A stretch of DNA of 64,000 nt from Acidimicrobiia bacterium (GTDB lineage: Bacteria > Actinomycetota > Acidimicrobiia > Spongiisociales > ZC4RG35): assembly GCA_965215185.1 (NCBI GenBank), contig OZ244034.1, positions 160,001 through 224,000 of the forward strand, given 5' to 3'. The notes beneath the pieces were generated by a model, which saw only the letters and a list, made by a program, of their open reading frames with translations, searched no databases and had not been told where the DNA came from. The first letter of the stretch is position 1, and each line of letters starts with the position of its first letter. Below, piece after piece: positions 20,447-30,062 of the stretch. The position numbers were made by a program, and so were the translations under genes.

Positions 20447-21739
20447 TTGCCTGACAAATCACAAATCCTGGCTGCCCTGGATCGGGAGTTGGCGCAATAC
20501 CGCCGAGCCAATCCCCGCTCGGTGGAATTATCCCGCCGGGCACAGAAGGTGTTGCCGGGCGGCACCACCCGCACCACCACCTACTTTCCACCCTTCCCTC
20601 CCTTCCAAGTGCGCGGAGAGGGGTGCCACATCTTCGATGTGGACGGCAATCGACGGGTCGACTACCTCAACAACTACACCTCTCTGATCTGCGGCCACGC
20701 CCATCCTCACATCCTGAAGGCCGCCCAGGAAGCTGCGGACGGGGGTACCGCCTTCGCGGCGCCAACAGAGTACGAGGTGCGGCTGGCGGAGGTGTTGTGC
20801 GAGCGGGTTGCCTCTGTGGAATTGGTGCGATTCACCAATTCAGGAACCGAGGCGACCATGGCCGCCTTGCGGGTGGCCCGCGCCTATACCGGACGGTCCA
20901 AGATCGGTCGTTTCGAGGGCAGCTACCACGGGACGCACGACTACACAACCACTCCGGGGCCAGGGGTTCCCCAAGAAATATCAGGGTTGGTCGTCGATCT
21001 TCCTTACAACGATTTCGAGGGATGCCGGAAGATTCTGGATGAGGTGGGCGAAGAACTGGCTGCCATCATAGTGGAGCCGGTGTTGGGCGCCTCGGGGGTC
21101 ATCCCCGCCCAGCGTAACTTCTTGACCTTCCTCCGTTCGGCCACCACTGCCTTCGGGTCGGTGCTGATCTTTGACGAAGTGCAAACCCTGCGGCTGCACC
21201 CAGGAGGCGCCGAGGCCATCTACGAGGTCCGTCCCGACCTGAGCACCTTCGCCAAGATCATCGGCGGCGGTTTCCCGGTGGGCGCCTTCGGGGGAGCCGG
21301 CGAGATCATGCAGATCCTGCACCCCGTTTCAGGAGACATCTCGTGGGGAGGCACCTTCAACGGCAACCCGGTGACCGCCGCGGCTGGCATCGCCTGCTTG
21401 GAGATGCTCACCGACCAGGTGATCGCCGACCTGAACCTCACGGGGGAATACGCCATCGCCGGGATAAACGGGGCCTTCGCATCCGGTGGCCTGCCCGGCC
21501 AAGCCACCGGATTGGGATCGCTTTTCAACCTCCATCCAACCTCCGAGCCGATCACCGATGTCCACGCAGTAAACCGGGTGGATCCCGACCTTCGACGCCT
21601 ATTCCACATCGGCCTGCTCAACCGCGGCTTCTATCTATCTGCACGTGGCACGGCCTGTCTCTCAACGCCCATGACCACCGCCCATGTCGATAACCTGATC
21701 TCCGCTACCGGCGACGTCATTGAGGGCGTCTTCGGATAA
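20447..21739 (+). CDS. Class III PLP aminotransferase (GSA aminomutase-like)
   Basis: RFTNSGTEA, GSYHG, IFDEVQT, AKIIGGGFPVGAFGG, GTFNGNP. Confidence 0.9.
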   Translation: MPDKSQILAALDRELAQYRRANPRSVELSRRAQKVLPGGTTRTTTYFPPFPPFQVRGEGCHIFDVDGNRRVDYLNNYTSLICGHAHPHILKAAQEAADGGTAFAAPTEYEVRLAEVLCERVASVELVRFTNSGTEATMAALRVARAYTGRSKIGRFEGSYHGTHDYTTTPGPGVPQEISGLVVDLPYNDFEGCRKILDEVGEELAAIIVEPVLGASGVIPAQRNFLTFLRSATTAFGSVLIFDEVQTLRLHPGGAEAIYEVRPDLSTFAKIIGGGFPVGAFGGAGEIMQILHPVSGDISWGGTFNGNPVTAAAGIACLEMLTDQVIADLNLTGEYAIAGINGAFASGGLPGQATGLGSLFNLHPTSEPITDVHAVNRVDPDLRRLFHIGLLNRGFYLSARGTACLSTPMTTAHVDNLISATGDVIEGVFG

Positions 21740-21906
21740 GTTTGCACGTATTGCCGGGATGGCATTGCCCAAAGGTCTCTTGCCACGGTCAATGCGGCGC
21801 CACTCTTGTGTGACTAGCCCCCGGGTCAACGGCCCCGACTCAGGTCGGGCTGCTTCTTGTCAGGGTCTTCTCAGACAATCCTGAACATGGCAGAGCCCTG
21901 CTTCGG

Positions 21907-23310
21907 TCAGGTGATCCGGTCGGAGGCCAAATCTGTGGAGGGGCGGCGTCTTAAGAACCGGCCCATGCCGGCCCGACCGACGAACTTCCCGCTCCTGGCC
22001 ACGGTCTCACCCCTCAGCAGGACTGTTTCCGGAACACCGCTCAGGGTCCAACCCTCATAAGGGTTATAGTCGCAGTTGGTCACCTGGGCCTCGGCCGTGA
22101 GGGTCTGTTCCCGTTCGGGATCGAATATCACCAGGTCGGCATCCGACCCGAGGGCGATTTCACCCTTTTGGGGATAGAGTCCGAACATCCGGGCCGCGTT
22201 GGTGGAGGTGATCTCCACCCAGCGATTGAGGGAGATTCTGTTCTGCAGCACTCCGAAGTGGTAAAGCAGGCTCATCCTCCACTCCACCCCCGGCATCCCG
22301 TTGGGGATCTTGGAGAAATCCCCTCTCCCCATTTCCTTCTGGCCCGAGAAATTGAACGGGGCGTGGTCGGTGGAGACCAGTTGCAAGTCACCGGAGGACA
22401 ATCCCTCCCACAGCGGTTCTTGGTGGGAAACGGGCCGCAGTGGAGGAGAGCAGACGTACTTCGCCCCTTCGAATCCCGGTGCTCGGAGAGCCTCATCGCA
22501 GAGCAGCAGATAGTGAGGGCAGGTCTCCGCGTAGACGGGCAGTCCCCGTCGACGGGCCCTTCGGACCGCCTGCAATGATTCCGCGGCGGAGAGATGCACT
22601 ACGTACACGGGCACCTGGGCGATCTCGGCCAGGGCGATGGCCCGGAAGGTGGCCTCCCCTTCCACAGTGGAAGGCCGGGTGAGAGCGTGGTTGATCGGAT
22701 CGGTCCGTCTGGCGGCCAGCGCCTGCTGGATGAGCACTTCGATGGCGGGCCCGTTTTCGCAATGAAGCATCACCAGGCCCCCGTTGTCTCGGGTCCACTG
22801 CAGGGCGCGCAGAATGGCGCCGTCGTCCAGCATCAGGGCATTGGGATATGCCATGAACAGCTTAAAGCTGGATATCCCTTCTTCGATCAACTTGCCCAAG
22901 GAAGGCAGGTAGGCGTCTCGGAGATCGGTGATGATCTGGTGAAAGGCCCAGTCCACGGCGGTTTTGCCCTCCGATCTTCCGAACCACTCCTCCAGAGACA
23001 CCCGGGGGTCTTCTCCCCGGTTCTGGGTGGGAAAGTCGATGATGGTGGTGGTGCCTCCCGCCGCCGCCGCGGCGGTGCCAGTGAAAAAGTCGTCAGATCC
23101 GATAGTGTCGGCCGACGGCAGGTCAAAGTGAGTGTGAGGGTCGATACCCCCCGGGATCACCAACTTTCCGGAGGCCTGAAGCACCTGGTCGGCGGGAAAG
23201 TCGACCAGATTCCCCATCCTGATGATCTTCCCATCCTCAATGAGGATGTCCTCTTTGACATCACGGGAGGCGGTTATCACCCTCCCGCCCCTAATCAGTG
23301 TGGTGCTCAC
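21907..23310 (-). CDS. hydA: Dihydropyrimidinase / D-hydantoinase, second paralog
   Basis: Same length (467 aa) and same motifs as 12388..13791, with long identical stretches. Confidence 0.92.
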   Translation of the reverse strand: MSTTLIRGGRVITASRDVKEDILIEDGKIIRMGNLVDFPADQVLQASGKLVIPGGIDPHTHFDLPSADTIGSDDFFTGTAAAAAGGTTTIIDFPTQNRGEDPRVSLEEWFGRSEGKTAVDWAFHQIITDLRDAYLPSLGKLIEEGISSFKLFMAYPNALMLDDGAILRALQWTRDNGGLVMLHCENGPAIEVLIQQALAARRTDPINHALTRPSTVEGEATFRAIALAEIAQVPVYVVHLSAAESLQAVRRARRRGLPVYAETCPHYLLLCDEALRAPGFEGAKYVCSPPLRPVSHQEPLWEGLSSGDLQLVSTDHAPFNFSGQKEMGRGDFSKIPNGMPGVEWRMSLLYHFGVLQNRISLNRWVEITSTNAARMFGLYPQKGEIALGSDADLVIFDPEREQTLTAEAQVTNCDYNPYEGWTLSGVPETVLLRGETVARSGKFVGRAGMGRFLRRRPSTDLASDRIT

Positions 23311-23469
23311 CCAAGCCTCCTTCAGCTTTTGCTTCTAGCCTATTAAAACATGTTGCCGAGCAGATCTCATCCGAGAATGCAGCCGGGTCCACGTAGGTGC
23401 GAAATGTTGGGAAAAGCGTGTTCCTCCCAAGTTGACCCATCTGTCCCGATATCGGAGGCCAAGTAGCGC

Positions 23470-24207
23470 ATGGATACCAAACTTGCCGGCAAGGTTGCTT
23501 TGGTCACCGGAGCTGTGGCCCTTGCCCGAGAAGGTACGCAGGTGGCGCTGCTGGCGCGCAGCCGCCCGGGTCTGGAGGAGACGCTGGAGATGATCGGGGG
23601 ATCGAGATCCGGTTTGGTGGTGCCCTGTGACGTGACCGACCCCGGGGCGTTGGCCACCGCAATCGACGGCGCAGTGGCTGAACTGGGCAGACTGGACGTG
23701 GTGATCAACAACGCCGGACAAAGCCAGCACCGTGCCCGGCTGGACCAATTGGAAGCCTCAGAATGGGGAAGGATGATCGAGGTCAATCTCTCATCGGTGT
23801 TCTACGTCACCCGCGTCGCAGTGCAACATCTCATAGAGCAGCGATCGGGATCGGTGGTGAACATTGCTTCCATCTCAGGTCCGCTCGCCATTCCGCGGAT
23901 AGGCGCATACGCTGCTGCCAAAGCTGGGATTATCGGTCTTACCAAGACAATGGCGGCCGAGTGGAGCGAGTGCGGGGTGAGAGTCAATACGGTGGCTCCG
24001 GGATTCATAGAAACACCGATGAATGCCCCGTTCCGCAACGATCCCGCCAATGCCGAGCAACTGGCGACCATCAACTCCAACATTCCCGCCGGACGCCATG
24101 GCTCGCCGGAGGAGGTAGCTCAATCAGTGGTGTTCCTGGCGGGCGCCACCGGCAGCTACATCACCGGCCAGACCCTGATGGTGGACGGCGGCTGGAGCGT
24201 GGTCTAG
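23470..24207 (+). pseudogene. SDR paralog of 19674..20432 with an in-frame deletion of the Gly-rich NAD-binding loop
   Basis: Reads VTGA-VALAREG where the paralog has VTGASQGIGRAIAIALAQEG (9 residues missing). NNAG and YAAAK are intact. Confidence 0.65.
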
Positions 24208-24269
24208 TTACAAGTACCTAACCATGCCTCAGAACTGACAAAGTAAGACTGCGGTTTATATCGAAGGTA

Positions 24270-25086
24270 TCACGCTCGGGAGGTACCCCCCTTGGGTGAG
24301 TAGCCCAAGGCCGACGGCCCCTGCCACGGTCGGGGCCGTTTCGAATGGCGTTCGCGTAACTCAAGGATCGGAACCTCCCATGATTCGACCTGGAGGCGGT
24401 CACGGTACTTGGGGTCACCGCTGTCGTCCTCGGTGCGGCACACCATTCCCAGGACCCGGACTGCATCGATCTGCTCAAGGCGAGTGGCGGCCATCGCCTA
24501 GCGGCTTCTTCAGAAAGGAGCGCTACCGGAGCATGCTGCTCGTCCAACACCCATACCCCGACCGTTGTAGCCGCATTCCAAGTCGACCTTATCCCCTTCC
24601 TGCAACCTGGCTAAAGAGGAGTGGATTCGATGACGTTCCTTCTTCTGCCCGGCGGAATCTATGAACAGGTCTGTCATTCCCAGCACCCTATATCCGAGAT
24701 TGACGGGTTGAGCAGACTCGCCCCTAGCTACCGCTGCCTTTCGATTGAGGGTCGAATTTCGGATCTCCGCAAAGTAGGGATTGGGGTTATTAAGGGAGTC
24801 GATCAGGGCGAGCGTGTGACGGGCGCGGGTCATGGCAACGTAATAAAGCTGCCCTTCTTCCTCGGCGGAATCATGACCCGCACGACGGGTTTTCCTTAGG
24901 CCTTCCACCACCAACACGTGATCGAATTTCAATCCCTTCGCGGTATGGATCGTGCTCACCAGAACCCCATCGCCGATGAGACGGTGCGCGGAGCAATTCG
25001 CCTGGAGAGACCACGATCTCCTCCACATCGCGGCGGCGCGCCCGGCGGATTGCCCTGAGGATCTGTGCTATATCCCGTTTGGTCAA
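24270..25086 (-). pseudogene. Remnant of a large RecQ/UvrD-type helicase gene
   Basis: STIHTAKGLKFDHV and EEEGQLYYVAMTRAR (SF1 C-terminal motifs) in 24510..25028. Other fragments lie in different frames at 24871..25086 and 24270..24494. Confidence 0.7.
24290..24339. terminator. Two adjacent hairpins between convergent genes
   Basis: CCTTGGG/CCCAAGG (24290-24310) and ACGGCCCC/GGGGCCGT (24314-24339). Confidence 0.4.
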
Positions 25087-25292
25087 CTGGCCCGATCCGG
25101 GGGGTTGGACGGTCTATGTTCATCATTTGCCCCGGTTCTGGCCCCGTGCCCGGGGTACGCCTCGCGGGCAGTGGGTGGAGTGGCCGCTGCCGGATGGGGT
25201 GCTTGATTTGGAGACAGCTTCTGGGGGTTAGCTGCGTCGGGCGGGCGGGGGCTGCATGAGGGGGTTTGTGATCAGCGGTTGAACGGTTGGTG

Positions 25293-25422
25293 GGTGTAAC
25301 AGGTGTGGGGTTCGGGGTTTGGTGTAACAGGTGGTGGTGGAGGTTTGGATCAGCGCGTGTAGGGTTTTGTTCTTCCGCCAGCCGGGTGGGTGTGTTACGT
25401 GTTACACACCTGTTACGGTTAC
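25293..25422. repeat. Direct and inverted GTAAC/GTTAC repeats, origin/iteron-like
   Basis: GGTGTAACAGGTG at 25293 and 25321. Inverted CACCTGTTAC at 25407. GTTAC at 25394, 25401, 25412 and 25418. Confidence 0.6.
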
Positions 25423-25856
25423 AGCGGGCGTAGTTTGATTCCTCGGCGTATCCGGGTGACTTTGCCGCCTATTCGGGCGGTTTCTGACGGTCCCCATTTG
25501 TTGGTGATGAGCTGTTGAAGTACCCGCTGGGGAACAGGTTGGGTGTTGTTTTTTTGGCACCATCTGCTGTGAGAGGTGGTGAGAGCAGCGGTGGCTGTGA
25601 TGGTGTCCGGCGTGGCCTCCATAACGCAGTCGTTCACCCACGCGGTGAACTGCTCGGTGGGGGTGGTGGGCTGCGGTCGGGCATGTTTTTGAGGGTTGCT
25701 GCCATTGATGGACGGCGGGTTGGGCTGGTTGTTGATAATGTTTTTGTGTTGACGTTCGATCATTTTGTCGGTGGTTTTTGGTTGTCCGGTTTGGAGCCAG
25801 TGCGCGATCTTTTTGGGGAGGGTGTCGTAGTGGTCAAGTCTCTGTTCGACGGACAC
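25419..25856 (-). mobile_element. C-terminal fragment of a phage/plasmid primase-helicase (P4/D5-like winged-helix tail)
   Basis: FTAWVNDCV...HSRWCQKNN...RIRRGIKLR resembles primase C-termini. The region has a strong G+T skew on the + strand, unlike its flanks. Confidence 0.5.
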
Positions 25857-25906
25857 CAGTCCGGCAAACCGGGGAAACCTCAGTTACTTGTTGAACAGAG
25901 CTTTCT

Positions 25907-26620
25907 CTAGTTGTAGAACTGAGGCAAGCCTCCCGCCGTTGCAAAGCCTCCGTCGGCTATCAGGGTGGCGCCGGTTACGTGGGCGAAGTCGTCGGAGCAG
26001 TAGGCGAGGATCAGACGGGCCAGTTCTTCGGGTCTGAATAAGCGACCTAGGGGAGTCATGGCCAAAATGGCCTTTTCCCGATCCGAGCCTGGTTTCATGT
26101 TCTGGCGCACGATGGGGGTGTTCACTACTCCCGGGCTCACTGCCACCACCCGGATCTGGTGGGCGGCCCACTCCAGGGCCAGCACCTCGGTGAGCGCCTC
26201 CACTCCCGCTTTGGCTGCACAGTAGTTGGCGTGGAGGGCGCAGGCCCGTTGGGCGGCCAATGAGGCGATGTTCAACACCACCGCTCCCCGGGCTTGGCAG
26301 AGGTTGGGATAGAACGCCTGTGAGGTCATGAAGGTTCCTGTCAGACACACGTCCAACACGCTTTGCCATTGGTGGGGGGTCATCTCGGCCGCCGGAGCGC
26401 GATCTCCAAAACCAGCCCCGTTGATCAATAGTTTCACCGGGCCGGTTTCCGCGGCAACCTTGCCCAAAGCATCCCGGTCGCGCACATCCTCCATGTGCCA
26501 CGAGACATGTTCGAGGTCCGCCGGCGGGTCGATCACGTCGATCCCGGTTATGGTCCACCCACGCTCGGAGAGCAGGCGGACGCATGCCGACCCGATCGCG
26601 CCCGAAGCGCCGGTGACCAC
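25907..26620 (-). CDS. SDR-family oxidoreductase
   Basis: TGASGAIG, NGAG, YCAAK, ADGG. An in-frame ATG at 26662 is cut off by a TGA, so the start is uncertain. Confidence 0.82.
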   Translation of the reverse strand: MVTGASGAIGSACVRLLSERGWTITGIDVIDPPADLEHVSWHMEDVRDRDALGKVAAETGPVKLLINGAGFGDRAPAAEMTPHQWQSVLDVCLTGTFMTSQAFYPNLCQARGAVVLNIASLAAQRACALHANYCAAKAGVEALTEVLALEWAAHQIRVVAVSPGVVNTPIVRQNMKPGSDREKAILAMTPLGRLFRPEELARLILAYCSDDFAHVTGATLIADGGFATAGGLPQFYN

Positions 26621-26684
26621 TGCATGTGAAGGTGTCTCGATGAATCAGAGAGTAGTTGCCATCCGGTCTGACACAGCCTTCGAG

Positions 26685-27599
26685 TCACTCGGTAGGCACA
26701 ATCTCAGAGATGTCACATCCGTGGATACTCTGCAGCAGGTTGAGGAAGGCCAGGAGAGGGGGACTGTAATGCTGAGCGCGGCGAACCAGCACGTGAGTTG
26801 GCAGGTGAACCCGATGCTCGCCCAGCAACTCTATGACCCGGATCGATCCCCGCTTGACTTCACCGAGAATGGCGCTTCGGGGTAGGAAGGATATGCCCAG
26901 ACCCAAGGCGACCATGCGTTTGGTGGCTTCGATGTTGTCGAGCATCGTCTCGATCTGGGGGACGATTCCTGCTTGGCGGCAGGCCTGGTTGATAAGCAAG
27001 AAATATGTGGAAGTGGGGTCATAGAGTATGAGGGGTTCTTTGGCCACTTCGGTTATGAGTGCCTGTCCTCGCCTGGCGAAGGGGTGGTCAGCAGAGGTGA
27101 CGAGAACGATCTCCTCGTCGTAAAGATGTATGGAGAAAACCTCCGGGTGGTACAGACCTCTCGACAGGCCCAAGTCGACCACGCCGCTGGCAACCATCTC
27201 AATCACATCGGAGGAGCGGCCGGTGCGGATGCGGGTTGAGACGCTGGGAAACTGGCGGTGGTAGCGCCCGAGGAGCGGGGGGAGGATGTAGGTGCCAATG
27301 ACCCGCGCCGACCCGATCGTGATCGTGAGTTTTCGGGTTTCCTGGGAACTTTTCACCGCTTCTTTTCCCAAGTCGAGGGTGTGGAGGGCTTGCTCGACGA
27401 AGGGCAAGAATGCCTCCCCGGCTTCGGTGAGCCGCACTCCACGTCCCATGCGATGAAAAAGCGGTGTGCGAAGTTCCCGCTCCAGTGATCTGATCCGACC
27501 GCTCAGCGAGGGTTGACTGAGATACAAAGCCCTGGCCGCGCCACGAAAGCTGCCGGCTTTGGCTGCTTCCAATAACGATTGCAGTTGCGAAAGTTCCAT
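26685..27599 (-). CDS. LysR-family transcriptional regulator
   Basis: GSFRGAARALYLSQPSLSGRIRSLE HTH, LTEAG. Divergent from aceA. Start set at MELSQL. Confidence 0.93.
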   Translation of the reverse strand: MELSQLQSLLEAAKAGSFRGAARALYLSQPSLSGRIRSLERELRTPLFHRMGRGVRLTEAGEAFLPFVEQALHTLDLGKEAVKSSQETRKLTITIGSARVIGTYILPPLLGRYHRQFPSVSTRIRTGRSSDVIEMVASGVVDLGLSRGLYHPEVFSIHLYDEEIVLVTSADHPFARRGQALITEVAKEPLILYDPTSTYFLLINQACRQAGIVPQIETMLDNIEATKRMVALGLGISFLPRSAILGEVKRGSIRVIELLGEHRVHLPTHVLVRRAQHYSPPLLAFLNLLQSIHGCDISEIVPTE

Positions 27600-27620
27600 A
27601 TCGATCCGCCCAGTGGAAAT

Positions 27621-27670
27621 ATAGGCATAGCCTATCACTGCGATATGGAATTAGGGTCTTATCCTATCAC
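27621..27670. promoter_or_regulatory. LysR-type operator upstream of aceA
   Basis: ATAG-N7-CTAT dyad (T-N11-A) at 27621-27635. CCTATCAC is repeated at 27631 and 27663. Confidence 0.65.
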
Positions 27671-27791
27671 TCGGACAGTTGCATACTTTGCCCAACCGTC
27701 CTGACCGTCGCTTTTAGAACTTGACCTCGAAGGGCCGGTCGGTGCGGCGATTCCACGAAAACAGTACAACCCCTACCGCCAAAGGAGGACG

Positions 27792-29093
27792 ATGATCATG
27801 TCGAATAATGGCCACAACGGGTTTGCTGGGAAAGTAGCGGAACTCCGAGTCCGCTGGGACCACGAGGCTCGGTGGCAGGGAATCGAGCGCAATTATTCCC
27901 CCGAAGATGTGATGTCCCTGCGGGGCAGTCTCAACATCGAGCACAGCCTTGCCCGGGCAGGAGCGCAGCGACTGTGGAGCTTGCTCCACACCGAGCCAAT
28001 GGTCCGTACGTTCGGAGCCTTGACCGGCGCTCAGGCGGTCCAGATGGTGAAAGCGGGGCTGAAGGCCATCTATCTGAGCGGTTGGCAAGTGGCCGCCGAC
28101 GCCAATCAGGCGGGTCAGACCTATCCAGACCAGAGTCTGTATCCCTCCGACAGTGCGCCGCGCTTGATCAAGCGGATCAACAACGCTTTGATACGAGCCG
28201 ATCAGATCGCCTATAACAACGGGGAGTCCAACACTGAATGGTTCGCGCCGATTGTTGCCGACGCCGAGGCCGGTTTCGGCGGTCCGATCCATGCTTTCGA
28301 GCTGATGAAAGCCATGATCGAAGCGGGCGCGGCAGGCGTGCACTTCGAGGATCAACTCGCCTCCGAGAAAAAGTGTGGCCACATGGGCGGCAAGGTCTTG
28401 GTGCCGACCTCCCAGTTTCTCCGCACCCTGAACGCCGCGCGGCTCGCCGCCGATGTCTTGGATGTGCCAACCGTGCTGATGGCCCGGACCGACGCTCGCG
28501 ACGCGACGCTGTTGATGAGTGACGTGGACCACCGTGATCGCCGGTTCATCACCGGCGATCGGACCGCCGAGGGTTACCACATGGTGCGGGGCGGGATGGA
28601 GGCCGCCACGGCCCGCGCTTTGGCCTACGCTCCATACGCCGACATCCTGTGGTGTGAGACCTCCGAGCCGGACCTTGAGGAGGCGGCGCTATTCGCCGAA
28701 GAGATACATGCCCGGTACCCCGGCAAACTCCTTGCCTACAACTGCTCGCCGTCCTTCAACTGGAGACAACATCTCACCGAAACCCAGATTGCTCGGTTCC
28801 AAGACGAACTGGCCAGGTTGGGATACCGATTCCAGTTCATCACGCTCGCGGGATGGCATCTGCTCAACTACCACACTTTCGACCTCGCCAGGGCCTACAG
28901 CACCTGGGGAATGTCCGCCTATGGCGGTCTGCAAAACCGCGAATTCACTGCCGAGGCCAATGGCTACACGGCCACCAAACACCAGGCAGAAGTCGGAGCG
29001 GGCTATTTTGACCGGGTAATGCAGGTTGTTACAGGTGGCCAGGCGTCCACCCTGGCGTTGGCGGGATCCACCGAAGAGATGCAGTTCAACTGA
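27792..29093 (+). CDS. aceA: Isocitrate lyase
   Basis: [29 protein letters not shown] signature, [26 protein letters not shown] upstream. Confidence 0.97.
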   Translation: MIMSNNGHNGFAGKVAELRVRWDHEARWQGIERNYSPEDVMSLRGSLNIEHSLARAGAQRLWSLLHTEPMVRTFGALTGAQAVQMVKAGLKAIYLSGWQVAADANQAGQTYPDQSLYPSDSAPRLIKRINNALIRADQIAYNNGESNTEWFAPIVADAEAGFGGPIHAFELMKAMIEAGAAGVHFEDQLASEKKCGHMGGKVLVPTSQFLRTLNAARLAADVLDVPTVLMARTDARDATLLMSDVDHRDRRFITGDRTAEGYHMVRGGMEAATARALAYAPYADILWCETSEPDLEEAALFAEEIHARYPGKLLAYNCSPSFNWRQHLTETQIARFQDELARLGYRFQFITLAGWHLLNYHTFDLARAYSTWGMSAYGGLQNREFTAEANGYTATKHQAEVGAGYFDRVMQVVTGGQASTLALAGSTEEMQFN

Positions 29094-29111
29094 CCCGGGA
29101 GCTTCCCCTGT

Positions 29112-29133
29112 CCGGTTGACGGGTTTCAACCGG
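29112..29133. terminator. Hairpin between convergent aceA and SDR genes
   Basis: 8-bp stem CCGGTTGA / TCAACCGG. Confidence 0.55.
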
Positions 29134-29157
29134 GTCTATATCCCAGGCGGCGCTGAT

Positions 29158-29985
29158 CTACGCCGGATCGGCGCCGTCCTGGGAAAGGCTGCGCAAATAA
29201 TTTGCCCGGCCTCGTTCTCCGATGCGAATGAAGAAGGGTAGAAGCCGGGGGATCAAACCGGGTGTCCACAGGGCAGCCCGGGCGGAGAGGCTTTCATGAT
29301 AAGGGATGTAAATCTCAAGTTTCGGCTTGTCGAGAGCGCGCTCGTAGGCGTCCGCCACTTCGTGGACCGTGAGAACACGGCTGAGGAAGTTGAGGGCGCT
29401 TCCTAACCGGGCCTCCCCCTCCAGCATCGGTGTGTTCACGGCGGTGGGGTAGATGCCGCTGACGTGCACACCGGTACCCGCCACCTCACAGTTGAGGGCA
29501 GCCAGGAATGCACGCAGCCCTGCCTTGGCCGCGGAATACGAGGCCGAGCCCGGCAGCGGACAGATCCCTCCCAGGGAGACGGTAGCCATAACGTGGCCGC
29601 GGTCGCGGGGCAGGAAGACACCCAAAGCGGCATTGATGAGATGCATGGAACTGCGCAAGATCACATCGAGTTGAAGATCGATCTCCTCAGGTGTGTGATC
29701 TGCCACGTCGGCCGGGACAGTAACCCCAGCATTGCAGACCAGAACTTCCAGGTCTTTTTGCCACTCGGTGGCGATGCGTTGGCACAGGCTCCGGGTTTCC
29801 GCGGCAACGGAAAGATCGCAAGCCACCGGAATCGACTCGCCGCCCAGGGCAGTTGCTGCTTGATCGGCTAATTCCTCGGTGCGATCCACCGCTATTACTC
29901 GATAGCCACGGCTGTTGAAACGCTTTGCGACCTCGGCGCCGATGCCCGAAGCGGCGCCGGTGACGATTGCCAAGCTCTGGGTCAT
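29158..29985 (-). CDS. SDR-family oxidoreductase
   Basis: TGAASGIG, CNAG, YSAAK. Confidence 0.9.
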   Translation of the reverse strand: MTQSLAIVTGAASGIGAEVAKRFNSRGYRVIAVDRTEELADQAATALGGESIPVACDLSVAAETRSLCQRIATEWQKDLEVLVCNAGVTVPADVADHTPEEIDLQLDVILRSSMHLINAALGVFLPRDRGHVMATVSLGGICPLPGSASYSAAKAGLRAFLAALNCEVAGTGVHVSGIYPTAVNTPMLEGEARLGSALNFLSRVLTVHEVADAYERALDKPKLEIYIPYHESLSARAALWTPGLIPRLLPFFIRIGERGRANYLRSLSQDGADPA

Positions 29986-30062
29986 TGTTGTTCTCCCATC
30001 CGGCCGATATCTGTGATGTGAGGGGCGCCAACCAGAGAGGGTCGGCGAGAACGGAGCATACG

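Noticed and set aside
20447-21739. Naming this gene hemL
   Set aside because: It sits in a catabolic operon with no hem genes and lacks the typical HemL N-terminal PGGVNSPVR motif
25293-25422. CRISPR array interpretation of the short repeats
   Set aside because: The repeats are only 5-13 bp, irregularly spaced and in both orientations, with no cas genes
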